A stretch of 63,245 nucleotides of DNA, the filler included, from Lenisia limosa (taxonomy: Eukaryota; Protista; Breviatea), in assembly GCA_001655205.1 (NCBI GenBank). It is 10 parts of 10 records of this genome, joined end to end, with 100 filler letters (N's around TTAATTAATTAA, not from the genome) between each part and the next. Parts side by side here need not be neighbours in the genome. Positions count along the whole stretch, not along the records: positions 2,556 to 20,513 come from LPNZ01011725.1; positions 20,614 to 21,842 come from LPNZ01001395.1; positions 21,943 to 23,606 come from LPNZ01007438.1; positions 23,707 to 26,535 come from LPNZ01003764.1; 6 more parts are not named here. One strand, given 5' to 3'. Shown here one piece after another: positions 12,605 to 23,779 of this stretch (its first letter is position 1; each line of letters starts with the position of its first letter). The notes beneath the pieces are model-generated. The model was not told the DNA's origin. It saw nothing but the letters and a program-made list of their open reading frames with translations, and made no database searches. The translations under genes and the position numbers were made by a program.

Positions 12605-15600
12605 CTAGTAGGCACGAGCAACGTAACCCCAGTACTTGGCGGGCTTGCCAGTGACAGCACACTGGAGGGTGAGGGGAAAGAATAGTGTGCTTAAAGTAGG
12701 CCTTGTTCGAATAGCCACCCACCACAGTGCCCTCCGCAGGAGCCTCCTCGTGTGGCATGTAGCCTCGGACCTCTCCTCCAGTAGCCTCGTGGATCTTCTC
12801 ATCTGCTTCCTTCGCCTCCTTCTCTGCAGGTGTTATTTACTAACGACATCCCCCCTGGAAAGCTTGTTTTAACAAAATCATCCCCAGACAATTAAGAGCT
12901 ATCCAAAACCCCCTATGTATTGAGCCCCTTCGTACCCATGGAGAAGAAGGGAATTCTGGCGAAACCGCCGCCTTGAGCAAGCCACTCGGTGGCCTCCTCG
13001 AGGGTCATGCAAGTCTTCTCGGATGTCTGCAGTGAATGAGAATGTGGTACAAAATAATAAAAAGCAAAATACAACTATACCTCATATTTGGCCTTAGCAG
13101 CGGAACGGATACGGTCCATCATCTCAGTCAAACGAGTCTGAGGGATAAAGAGGGGTAAAGAGATAATTCAACGGAGTCCGAGGAAGTTTTGCCAATAATA
13201 GCAGTACCTTGAGCTCAGCAGCGGCATCGGCACGTTGGATCTGGTCCTTCTGGTTGTTGTCTCTCATCACAACACGCATCTGAGGGGGGGGGGGGGGGNN
13301 NNNNNNNNNNNNNNNNNNNNNNNNNNNNNNNNNNNNNNNNNNNNNNNNNNNNNNNNNNNNNNNNNNNNNNNNNNNNNNNNNNNNNNNNNNNNNNNNNNNN
13401 NNNNNNNNNNNNNNNNNNNNNNNNNNNNNNNNNNNNNNNNNNNNNNNNNNNNNNNNNNNNNNNNNNNNNNNNNNNTACCTTGCCCCCTCTTGATAACCTC
13501 CGCTCACCTCTCCAGAAAGCAGATCGCGAGGGCCGATCTCAACACGGCATGGGACACCCTTCATCTCCCACTTGTAGAACTTCTCACCGGGCTTGGTGTC
13601 GTCATCATCGACCTGGGCTCGGATTCCAGCAGCCTAAAATGTCAAAAGCCGCTCCATTAGGGTCAGGAAATCCGAGAAAACCACATAATTGAAATGATGC
13701 TGACAAGTAGGCTTCTGTCGACCCCCACCTTAAGCGAAACAGCAACCTCGTCAGCGGCCGCGATGAGAGCCTCACGATCCTTCTTCTTCATCANNNNNNN
13801 NNNNNNNNNNNNNNNNNNNNNNNNNNNNNNNNNNNNNNNNNNNNNNNNNNNNNNNNNNNACAATAATAACCTGGGGGGGGGGGGGTAAGCAAGGCATAAA
13901 GAATATCCGGAAATGTGTCATAACACAAAAGGAGAGGATTTCAGAATATGTTACTCATGGTGTTATTTGAAAAAGGAGGGAAAGGGGGAATGAAAGATGG
14001 GCTCACCTCGACCTTGGCGATGGAAGGGGGAAGGACCAGACCGTTCTTATCTCCATGGGCAGACACAGCAGCTGCAAGAATGCGGGTTGAGATTCCGTAA
14101 CAGGTCATGTAGGCATGCTGGGAAGGAATGAGTGAAAATCGAAAGAGTAATGGTCATAAGAGGCCCATTGCTGATACCCCAGCAAACCTCGAACTTCTGG
14201 GATTTGTTGAGGAACTTAATGTCGAAAACCTGGGAGGGGGTTAACAAATGGAGTGATTTATTCAGTTCATGAAGTGGACGTACCTTGGCGAACTTCTGAC
14301 CGAGGTTGTGGGCACCAACTGCTTGAAGAACCTTGCCTAATATCGTAAACCGATCTAATAATGATTTAGACAGATCTGATTTACAGTCTCTTTTTAGGGA
14401 TTGAGAGAGTGAATCCCTGGTTATACCCCACCATCAGGCATGACAGAGTCAAGAACATCGGAGTAGTCAGCTCCGGCGAATTTGTCCCACTAAAGCAATC
14501 AGGATAATAGCCATAAGGAGGGTTGCGATAAAACGCCTTTTATGAAAGAATACTAACATGCATCAAGCATACCTCGGGGCGGCGGAGGCGCTTGCCGAAG
14601 AAGCCAAGATGGTCATTGCAGAGACGGTAGTACGACAGCCAGGCCTGCTCGAGGTTCTCACGTGCCTCCTCGCGAGTTGCATGGCAGGTGTGCGCCTGAG
14701 AGAGGGGTGAGTTTAAGTAGCTCATTCGGGTCACTAAACTAATTCTCAAAAAACTTGGACATTAAGTGTAGGTATTGCCCCCCCCCCCCATAACAATTTG
14801 GATGGGGAAGTTGATACAATAGGCCAACCTCATTCCAGAAGATTTCACGAGCACGAATCAGAGGGCGAGTGTTCTTAGTTTCATATCTGAAAACAGTGCA
14901 AGACTGTTGGACCTTGAGAGGAAGGTCTCTATGGTTGTTAAAGGAGGTTGGACACGACTTAAACAGAGGACAGCCCTTCACCTGTGGGATTTGACCCAAA
15001 GGCTGAACATGTAGTACATGGCAGTCTCAGAAGTGGGGCGGAGGGCGAGACGTGTCTCAAGATCCTTCAGGCCACCCTTGGTCACCCAGAAGCACTCTGC
15101 CTCGAATCTATGGTGTTATTCATGTGCTGTATGTAGGAGATGAAAAGGGGAACTGGAACTGTCAGAGGGTTTGCATGTACAGGATATAATCATTGGTCCA
15201 CCCTGCAGATGCTGCCGATGACGGCGCTTCATACAGACCGTTCCTAAGACCCCTGTGCTTTTCTTCATTCAGTTCCTAAGTAACGCCTTTGTCTCTTCCC
15301 TCATACCCCTTGACATGATCCTCTTCCTTCTTAAGGAAATCCTCGGGAATGACAGTGGGGAATTGGGCGCGGTCGATACCCTAGGGCGTAAATAATGTGG
15401 AGAAAGAGGATACCCCGAAAGCCCAGACCTCCCACCTGCTCTTCCCACTCGGCCTCAATGAGCTTCATGATACGGTCATGCATGAAGAAACCGTAGGGGC
15501 GGAAAACCTTTCACGTTAGTATGACAACGCTCAATGATAAACCAATTGTCCTGAGATATATCCAGTTATCAGCTCAACGACATCAAGACGATGAACAATA

Positions 15601-16315
15601 CTACCCTTCCTACAGGCATGCCTTTAACTGGGTAGCGCTTGTCCACAATGTCTGAAAACGGTCAGGACTTTTCATATCATTCCTTGGTAACAGTGGGTAT
15701 TCAATCCTATAGACCCACAAGACCTAACACATCATATGACCCCCCCCCCACCAGCCATGACACAGATGTTTTCGAACCAGGTGGGGAAGTCCGTGTCTTT
15801 GTCGGCGTCGAAGGTGACTAAACTGTCACTGATGAAAGACCACAGAGTATGCGTTATTACAAAATCCTGATGAAAGGCCACAGAGTATGCGATAATACAA
15901 AAACCTGATGAAAGGCCACAGAGATGCGTTAATACAAAAAAGGTCCCAACAACAAACATATCAAAGCAATACGATGAAAGAAGAAATCCCAACGAGTCCT
16001 GTCCGCAAACTTTTGTCTTCGTCCTTGCTTCCTTGAGACCCAGCATGCTTCTTCTCTTGCTTGGGTTTCTTCTCCTTCTTCTCGGCCTTAGCCTTCTTCT
16101 TTGCCTCCTTAGCTGCCTAGAGTGCATGAGAAGGGTCATGAAGTTGCAAAATAGAAACAGAGAAAAGAAGAAAAAAAAAAAAAAAATCTGCGACCAGGTT
16201 TAATGATAATCAATAACTACATTTGATTGATTATTTCTCCAAAAGGGCAAACCTTCTTCGCGGCCTGCTCTTCAGTGAGCTCGAGAGCCTCGACCTTCTC
16301 AATAGTATCCGCCAT
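12605..16315 (-). CDS. ProRS: Prolyl-tRNA synthetase (eukaryote/archaea type), multi-exon
   Basis: MADTIEK.. with a Lys-rich N-terminal extension; [16 protein letters not shown]; QWCSVVRWE; REILWNE; [10 protein letters not shown]; KFAGADY; HNLGQKFAK; [30 protein letters not shown]; C-terminal [18 protein letters not shown]. Confidence 0.96.
15829..15940. repeat. 38-bp tandem repeat x3 in a ProRS intron
   Basis: ctgatgaaaggccacagagtatgcgttaatacaaaa(a/t)c units. Confidence 0.92.
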
Positions 16316-16990
16316 TTTCTGAGAATATTATTCAAGTTAATCAGAGTAATAGTGCTCATATCATTGGTTCAGTCGGAAAAGATAGACATAAAAAAAAAAA
16401 GAACCAACTCTTTCCCAAGCCTTACCTCTTCTGTCATTCCTCCACTGATAATGTAAGAAAATAAATAGGAATATAAAAGGCCTAAAAAATTGAAAAAATC
16501 AAAATATGTTTTAAAAAATGGCTCTGGTTGGCTCCGGGCGGATGGCTGTGACCCGCCCTTACCTTTACCGCAATATTAAATTAGCTTTGGCCCGGAGTTT
16601 ATTTGCCATTGCATTTATTGCAATTATCCAACTTGTATCCAACTTTTTTTTGTTTCTGTTCAATTTTTTAATTTTAATGAGTATACGTTTGTTGAACGTT
16701 ATGAATACACGTTCATCTCGATGTGCCACAAAATAACGAATAAATAAATAAATGCATTATTAAAACAAATGAGAAACTTTGAATTTGCTTTGAATCTTGT
16801 ATCAAAGAACACTACTTCAGAGGTAAAGGTCATACATCTTTTAGTTCACTGAAAAGGTTACGAAATGTCTTCCATAGACTATATTATGTAACATGGATAG
16901 TATGATAAATGATTGCAATGGAGCCAGGCCAAAGCCATCAACTCCTCGATATCGATGGACACTCCAATGCTTGTAATAGTCCCACCAACA

Positions 16991-19900
16991 TCATGCTTGG
17001 CAGAGGTCATTAGACTTGTCACGGAGCTCTAACCCTTCCTCAAACCATTTTTCATCGCCAAGAAGCTGAGTGAATAAAGTCATGACTAAAATCATATCAC
17101 ATGTATTTTGCTATGCTCTTTGCAATAACTTACCTTTGATATGCAGCCCCCCCCCCCCCCNNNNNNNNNNNNNNNNNNNNNNNNNNNNNNNNNNNNNNNN
17201 NNNNNNNNNNNNNNNNNNNNNNNNNNNNNNNNNNNNNNNNNNNNNNNNNNNNNNNNCTGTGGTAATGGTCTTTGTGATGGCTAACTTGCCGCTGTTACGG
17301 AGGTATCTGAGAGGGGGTGAAGCTGAACCACGCAATCACGTGCTTAGCATTGTGATAATGATATAAAAACGTTTACTCAGCGACCACTCAGTTATCAATT
17401 CAGTACAACTGATAGTATTCACAAGTCCTGCCTACATTCCTGCGCCATCATGAAGAACACGCATGTCAAATACGAACTGTTTTAATCCGTCAACAGAGAA
17501 AAATGCCTCTGACTCCAAACTCCACATGGGCCCTTGGAAGTTAGCTCCACTGGTATTATGTGATGTTTTAAGAAATAAGCAACTAGGATCAAGAATATTG
17601 TATAAATTCTCACCTTGGAGCAGTCCAAGCAACACTCTTTGCAGTATCCTCGAAATGTTACCATTGACAGCTTCGGATGAGATTGTTGTGCCTACAGGGT
17701 TGGAAATGAGAATTCCATAAAACCACCATGGTTTTGGAACCATGAATACCATAAAGTCTTCTCATATCACACCCAAGAGTACTCATTCCAGTGATGCAGC
17801 AGCCTCTAACCAATAGCAATGCACAAAGTCGAAAGTCTCGAAAGAAGCACAGTTGTCCACGGCGATGGTGAGGCTGGCCTTGAAGACCCATCCTAATGTG
17901 TTATTTCCTTTAATACGGCACTATATAAACACCATCAAAACATACAAGGTTATAGGACACATTGAGCCAGTCCATTGATTGGCTTCCCATAAGGTCCACA
18001 GCAACTTCAGAAGACAATTTCTCACTGATGATAAGTAATAGGCGTGCCGGTGTGAAGTGATGTACCATTATTGCATCAATACCCATACCTCATGCCATCG
18101 AGCCGGGCTTTGACCTTGGACTGAAGATCGTTCAACTCTCCAACTTTGCGGTCAAGTCGGGTCTAGAAAGTTGGTAAAAAAATGAAAACCAAACGATTCC
18201 AAAGCCAAATTGAACTTTGAATGCAATGAAGTATCACCCTTAAAATCACCCCATTCCTATACCTCCATTAATTCTTTGATTCTTGGAAGAAGATCATGGG
18301 TACAAAAGAAGAGATCAGCCAATTGTACCAGTTTCTAAACTGTAAAAACAAAGGAGAAGTAGACTTAACCTTCATAAAACCCATTGTTTTTAAGCCAACC
18401 CAATACCCAACACCCAACACTCGACAAAACCCTCACATTCTGGACAATCATGCCTTCGGTCTGGCTGTTCTCAATATTGGCAACAAAGGAGTCAATGAGT
18501 CTTGTAATGCTCTGGACAACCGGAATATAGATCTGAAGATTTAACATAGAGAATGCAGCGCAATTCGAACGATTGTGCATTGTGTGAGCTTTTCACCAAA
18601 AGGACAATTTTGGCATTTGAGCACCAAAAATCCCTCCCACTTCAAGGCACAAAACGATGCCAAATCCCGAGACAAGTTGGTTCATTGCTGCGAAAAAGGA
18701 CGCTCCTATTGCGTGACTTGGGTAATGGGTCTTATCAGTGGTTTAAATGGAACTTTCACATAAAAAAAAAAATAACAGGGGAAACCCCGTAAACCTGAGG
18801 GGGAAAGGCGCAGTGTCCTTCTGACTACATCTTCTGAATATTCCTGAGGTGTTAAAAGTAAAAAAAACAGAGAGAGAAAAAAAAAAAAAATAGTATATAG
18901 AGATATATGTGGGTCCTCAAAGCTCCGGACATCATTCAAAATTCCCGGACACATCAAAACTCCCGGACAACTTGAAGTTGACACCTTGTATAGGCTATTG
19001 CTAGTGTAAAAATAGCACTGTCTACAGGGGTAAACTTTCCCGGATAGTTGCCATTTATTCTTTGAATGTGGCCCTTTATAACGGTTTTTGCTTGTTTTTG
19101 ACCGTTTTTGGACCGTAAATAGAGAGATTAGGGACTTAATTTGGTTTTGACGTTAGGGTTTCATTATTTGATTAAGATTGAGATTACTTTCAAAAACAGA
19201 AGGGAAATAGGGTTTCTGGGTGGTTTATGGTGATTTTGTATGGAAAACTCAAGCTGTCCGGGAGTTTTGATGTGTCCGGGAATTTTGAATGATGTCCGGA
19301 GCTGTGACTATACATATCATATATCTATTTCTGTAAATCATTAACAAGTTGCTATCCTTTTTGCGATACCCAGCATCCATCATACCGAAGCGGAGACATT
19401 GACAGTAAAGTCCTCTGTATGGCTCCATTTCTAGAAGGTAAAACAACAGGAAGGATTATAGAAACAGTCAAGGGAACCCCCNNNNNNNNNNNNNNNNNNN
19501 NNNNNNNNNNNNNNNNNNNNNNNNNNNNNNNNNNNNNNNNNNNNNNNNNNTTAAATAAAAGTTGGGAGCGAGATGAAGAAACAGCAGATGCAAACCTCAT
19601 TATGAAGTGTCCTCGATAAAACCGCCTCCGTACGAACAGCACTTGAGGATATTGTCTGAAGGTGAAGTAAATAAAAAGGCGGTGTTGGATAAAGTAGACC
19701 GCCTTTTAGTTTGTCAAAATATGAAAGGCAGACTACTTCATTCAACAAGTAGTATATGATATGAGATACTATGAAAATGTTATTTGCAATGTACAAACCT
19801 GGGATATTTGCGGTAAAATGAGACTCCTAACACGCTGTGCAGACGCGAAACCATGCGAGTCAAGCTACACCATGAATCCATCCAGTTAATTGACGAGAAA

Positions 19901-20277
19901 CCTTTCAGTACCTTTCGTGCATATACCAGGGCAACAGACATGCGGTTATTAATATCTTCGAAACTTGTCGTTTGGAAAGCCTAAAGTGGGATTAAAACCT
20001 TCTTATCCACAAAACAAAATGGAAAATACTGAAGCCTGTGACCGCCCACCTGTCTTGAAAATATTGCGACAAATGATTCGACTTCGTTCCAAATCCAAAG
20101 GGCAAGAGCTGCAAAGGGTAACAATCGGATCATGAAGTACCGCAAGCAAGCACCCTCCCCCCAACAAGAAGAAGCCTCGACCTCGGGGAACATCTCGCGG
20201 TAATCGGTGATGGTGCTTTGGATGATACCGAAGACAGTTCGTGACAACAGATCCACCCATGGGTCCACAGCCCCTTC
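16991..20277 (-). CDS. EXO84: Exocyst component EXO84/EXOC8-like, C-terminal part (multi-exon, 5' truncated)
   Basis: WVDLLSRTVFGIIQSTITDYREMFPE; FAALALWIWNEVESFVAIFSRQV; MSVALVYARKLDSHGF; MLNLQIYIPVVQSITRLIDSFV; FSVDGLKQFVFDMRVL; LLGDEKWFEEG...DLCQA*. Colinear with plant Exo84 (YISQLSQLVFSAI.., ELVTWATEQTEAF, GLRQLYLDMKF, LPEDDWFND). Confidence 0.75.
18909..19308 (+). mobile_element. Element family B copy 1 (400 bp, 55-bp subterminal inverted repeats)
   Basis: 18921-18975 agctccggacatcattcaaaattcccggacacatcaaaactcccggacaacttga is the reverse complement of 19249-19303 with one mismatch. A second copy lies at 53222-53852. This copy is in an EXO84 intron. Confidence 0.9.
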
Positions 20278-20513
20278 AAATCGGATTTTTCTGAAATGGA
20301 TTGGAATCTTTCACCATGATAGCAAATATGTACATGTATATCAATATGATATATGATATATATATGATATGTACATGTATAAATATGCATATATGCATAT
20401 AATATACAATATTATATACATATGATATATATTATTTATAATAATATATATATACCGTCCATATATCTGTGAATTTTCCTCTATCTGTGAAAAAAAGCCA
20501 AATGAACATTTTC

Positions 20514-20613
20514 NNNNNNNNNNNNNNNNNNNNNNNNNNNNNNNNNNNNNNNNNNNNTTAATTAATTAANNNNNNNNNNNNNNNNNNNNNNNNNNNNNNN
20601 NNNNNNNNNNNNN
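20514..20613. other. Artificial scaffold linker
   Basis: 44N-TTAATTAATTAA-44N. Confidence 0.97.
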
Positions 20614-21842
20614 CCTTCTTTATTATGTCCAACCACATCATTAATATATACTTTTGGAGCAATAACAATTTGTTTAATAATTATCCCATCATCAAACTCT
20701 AAATCTTGATGTAATTGACCTAATTCCTTTCCTATAATATTTGGATTGTTCTCAAGTAACGATTTATAGCTATTTACATGCATTTGTAAGCTATCTGTAT
20801 CACAATATGAGATTGCTTTATTCCATGATCTGAAACCATCAAATCCTCCCATCGCATCATTCATAATTCTTTTGGAATTACTTAAAACACTAACTCCAAT
20901 ATGAGTCATATTAAATATTTTTGAAGCTGAAGTTAATCTTTTCCTTTTACAAATAATTATTTGTCCATTAGGTAAATATGAAAACCATTTTACCTTTCCT
21001 CCAATAAACATTTTATTAAATTCTTCAATCTTATCATCATCCAAATCATAAAATTTAGTGGTTTCATCGATTGGTTTTTGAATAGTCTTTCCATAACTAC
21101 TATTCATAAATAATTTATAAGTCATTTGTAAAACATCTTGTCCCTTAGCCTTAGCTTCTTTCCTAGCATTGAATACTTTATTGATATAGTCTTTGAATAA
21201 ATATTTAGTTTCCGGATATTCGAGACAACAATATACATTTCCAATAATTAGTTTGTTATATTTAACTTCTTCCAACAAGTCAATACTACATTTAACAACT
21301 CTACGACTAACCCAAGAATATCTTAATTTTCCATTCCACATTTTTTCACTCAACATTGGGTACGGATCATCTTTTACTTCTTCTGGATAACTGATATCAC
21401 ATTCAATTATAGATATTTTGTTATACTTTTGAGTTTGTAACTCAGTTTGAACCTTATCTAAATCATTTCTTAAATATGGTTTACCAACTGGATATTTGTA
21501 AAGAGCCATAGCAGAAGGATATAGTGAGACTGCATCTACGTCAACCATGAAGTCGTTCGTATTACCAAATAATTCAATTTTTTCTTCTTCAGTCTTATTA
21601 TCCCAATCTTTAAACTTGTCATAATTGTCACATTCAAATTTTCCTTTCTTTGGAATACAACGTCCACCAGATATAGCTTGTCTCATCCATTTGTCAATAT
21701 CTAAATTATGGATGTTATAGATTTCATCATCATCAATAATATGACTCTTTAAAAAGTTAAATCCAAATGCAGGAAGTGTTAAAAAACTCGTTATATATTG
21801 ACCAGCCACATCGAAACAAGTGTTACAAAATTCACTCATAAT
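20614..21842 (-). CDS. Protein-primed family B DNA polymerase (pPolB; Polinton/Maverick, adintovirus/virophage or linear-plasmid type), internal fragment
   Basis: Intronless ORF open across the whole scaffold: RQAISGGRC, motif A DVDAVSLYPSAM, motif B KLFMNSSYGKT, long B-C insertion ending THIGVSVLSNSKRIM, motif C ISYCDTDSL, KELGQL, IAPKVY. It is much more AT-rich than host exons. Confidence 0.95.
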
Positions 21843-21942
21843 NNNNNNNNNNNNNNNNNNNNNNNNNNNNNNNNNNNNNNNNNNNNTTAATTAATTAANN
21901 NNNNNNNNNNNNNNNNNNNNNNNNNNNNNNNNNNNNNNNNNN
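21843..21942. other. Artificial scaffold linker
   Basis: 44N-TTAATTAATTAA-44N. Confidence 0.97.
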
Positions 21943-22070
21943 TGGGAGTATTTTCTGGGGAGGGGGGGGGGTAAGAGCTAATCATAGGAAGGTGTTTTAG
22001 CAGCAATGAACACAAGAGAAGAGGGAATGTGAAAGTTAATGAAACTCATAAAATGTTCGAAATTCAAACA

Positions 22071-23605
22071 TCAGGAAAAGCCAAGAAATTCCTTGTACCT
22101 CGGGTTGCAATAAACAGGGTTTTGGTCAACCCCGAGGCCTTCCTTTGCTTTGGAAAAAGCCTTCGGAGGATTGTCGCTTCGGCTGAACAGCGCCGGTGCT
22201 AGGGACGTACGGAGGGCGGGAAGCGTCATGGCCATTGACGGCTCCATGGTGCCCGATATGGTGTACGCGGGCGACTGGAGGAGTAAATGAATACGAACTG
22301 GGAGATTAAAATGAAATACGAACGGGGAGACTGGAGACTGGAGGGGTAAAAAGAGGTGTAGGCGAAAGAAAGCGGTGTTAGCAAACCTGAAAGTTACAAA
22401 GAAAGGAAATTCAGGGAAGAGAGAGGTCACGAAGAATAAAATAAAATATAAACACGTGGGGTGAGGGGAGCAGNNNNNNNNNNNNNNNNNNNNNNNNNNN
22501 NNNNNNNNNNNNNNNNNNNNNNNNNNNNNNNNNNNNNNNNNNNNNNNNNNNNNNNNNNNNNNNNNNNNNNNNNNNNNNNNNNNNNNNNNNNNNNNNNNNN
22601 NNNNNNNNNNNNNNNNNNNNNNNNNNNNNNNNNNNAGAAGAATTAAACACTCCATTCAAACAAGCAGTGGCCAACCTTGTTTTTGAGATCGCACACGGCA
22701 CGGGCTTCGGAGTTCTGGTGATAGAGGGACACAATGGGCTGACGAACCCGACACGGGCATGGGCAGTTACAATGGTTACTGGGGGATGATAATGTGGTGG
22801 TGGTACTGGGGGTATACACTATATAGTATTATATACTATATATAGCTAATGTAAGATATGTAATGTGATTGCAAATACTAGTCTATTACTTTCAATTCAA
22901 ACAAATACCACCTTTACAACTATTGAACAACAGCGGCTAAAAGCAAAACCAACTCATTTTGACAATCCAAGAATTTTGCCGCCCCCGTCCTACTCATCAT
23001 CCTTGGAGTTTGGAATGTTGCTGCATTTTGTCCCGTGTCGCACTACACTCTGCTTCGCTCGAATCAAGAGCTGCGATGCCGTGGTTTCTGGGGTAGGGGT
23101 TGTCAAATCCAAATAAACAATCCAATTAAATAATCCAAATAAACAATCCTAGCAATATAAATAAAAAATCCAAATAAAAACACTGTCCGCGGTACCTTCG
23201 GAAGAGTTGAGGACAACTGGCGGGATCAGACGACGTGCGGCGTGAAGGAGGGTCATGCGCGTGCACCACCAGGTGCAAACGCGGCCAATTCTAAGGGAGA
23301 ATCAATGCTATTACTCAAAGCTATTATAGGACAGGTCCAGTCAGGTTATAGAGAAAATCAATAACAATATTAAGGGGAGGGGGTGACAAGAAATTCAATG
23401 CGTGTTAAACTAGAGCTTCACTTCGGTTCGAAAAAGACGAAAGTCTCGAGAAACGAACTTGTGTCGTTCTTTTTCAGACCAGAGTGGAACCCTATGTAAA
23501 ACCTGTGCCGACCGTCTCTGCAAGGACTCAGCAAAGGACTTTTGGACGTTGGCCACGCGGCCGCAAATGGCATTTGGCGTAACGGCAAAAACCAGGGGGG
23601 TCTTG
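22071..23605 (-). CDS. Unassigned spliced gene fragment
   Basis: GC-richer exon-like blocks bounded by ag/gt (e.g. KTPLVFAVTPNAICGRVANVQKSFAESLQRRSAQ|; IGRVCTWWCTRMTLLHAARRLIPPVVLNSSE|). No family recognised and frames are uncertain. Confidence 0.35.
23413..23492. mobile_element. MITE family A copy (GGGCTTCACTTCGGTTCG subfamily)
   Basis: TA-gagcttcacttcggttcgaaaaagac ... gttctttttcagaccagagtggaaccc-TA. Confidence 0.8.
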
Positions 23606-23606
23606 A

Positions 23607-23706
23607 NNNNNNNNNNNNNNNNNNNNNNNNNNNNNNNNNNNNNNNNNNNNTTAATTAATTAANNNNNNNNNNNNNNNNNNNNNNNNNNNNNNNNNNNNNN
23701 NNNNNN
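23607..23706. other. Artificial scaffold linker
   Basis: 44N-TTAATTAATTAA-44N. Confidence 0.97.
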
Positions 23707-23779
23707 TTTATTTGGTAACTACATGTATTATATATATTGGCACATACAGCTGCCTGTACACCAAAGTCTGACCACTTAC

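Noticed and set aside
16991-18850. Cys-rich frames (PCRHNNL, YCKECCLDC, HDCPEC) suggesting a KDZ/Zisupton transposase or Fanzor relic
   Set aside because: These frames are full of stops. A spliced alternative frame gives a coherent EXO84 C-terminus (GLKQFVFDMR, GDEKWFEE).
19670-19720. KGGLLYPT motif resembling THAP/P-element transposase C-termini
   Set aside because: It lies in what appears to be an EXO84 intron, and there is no other transposase motif nearby.
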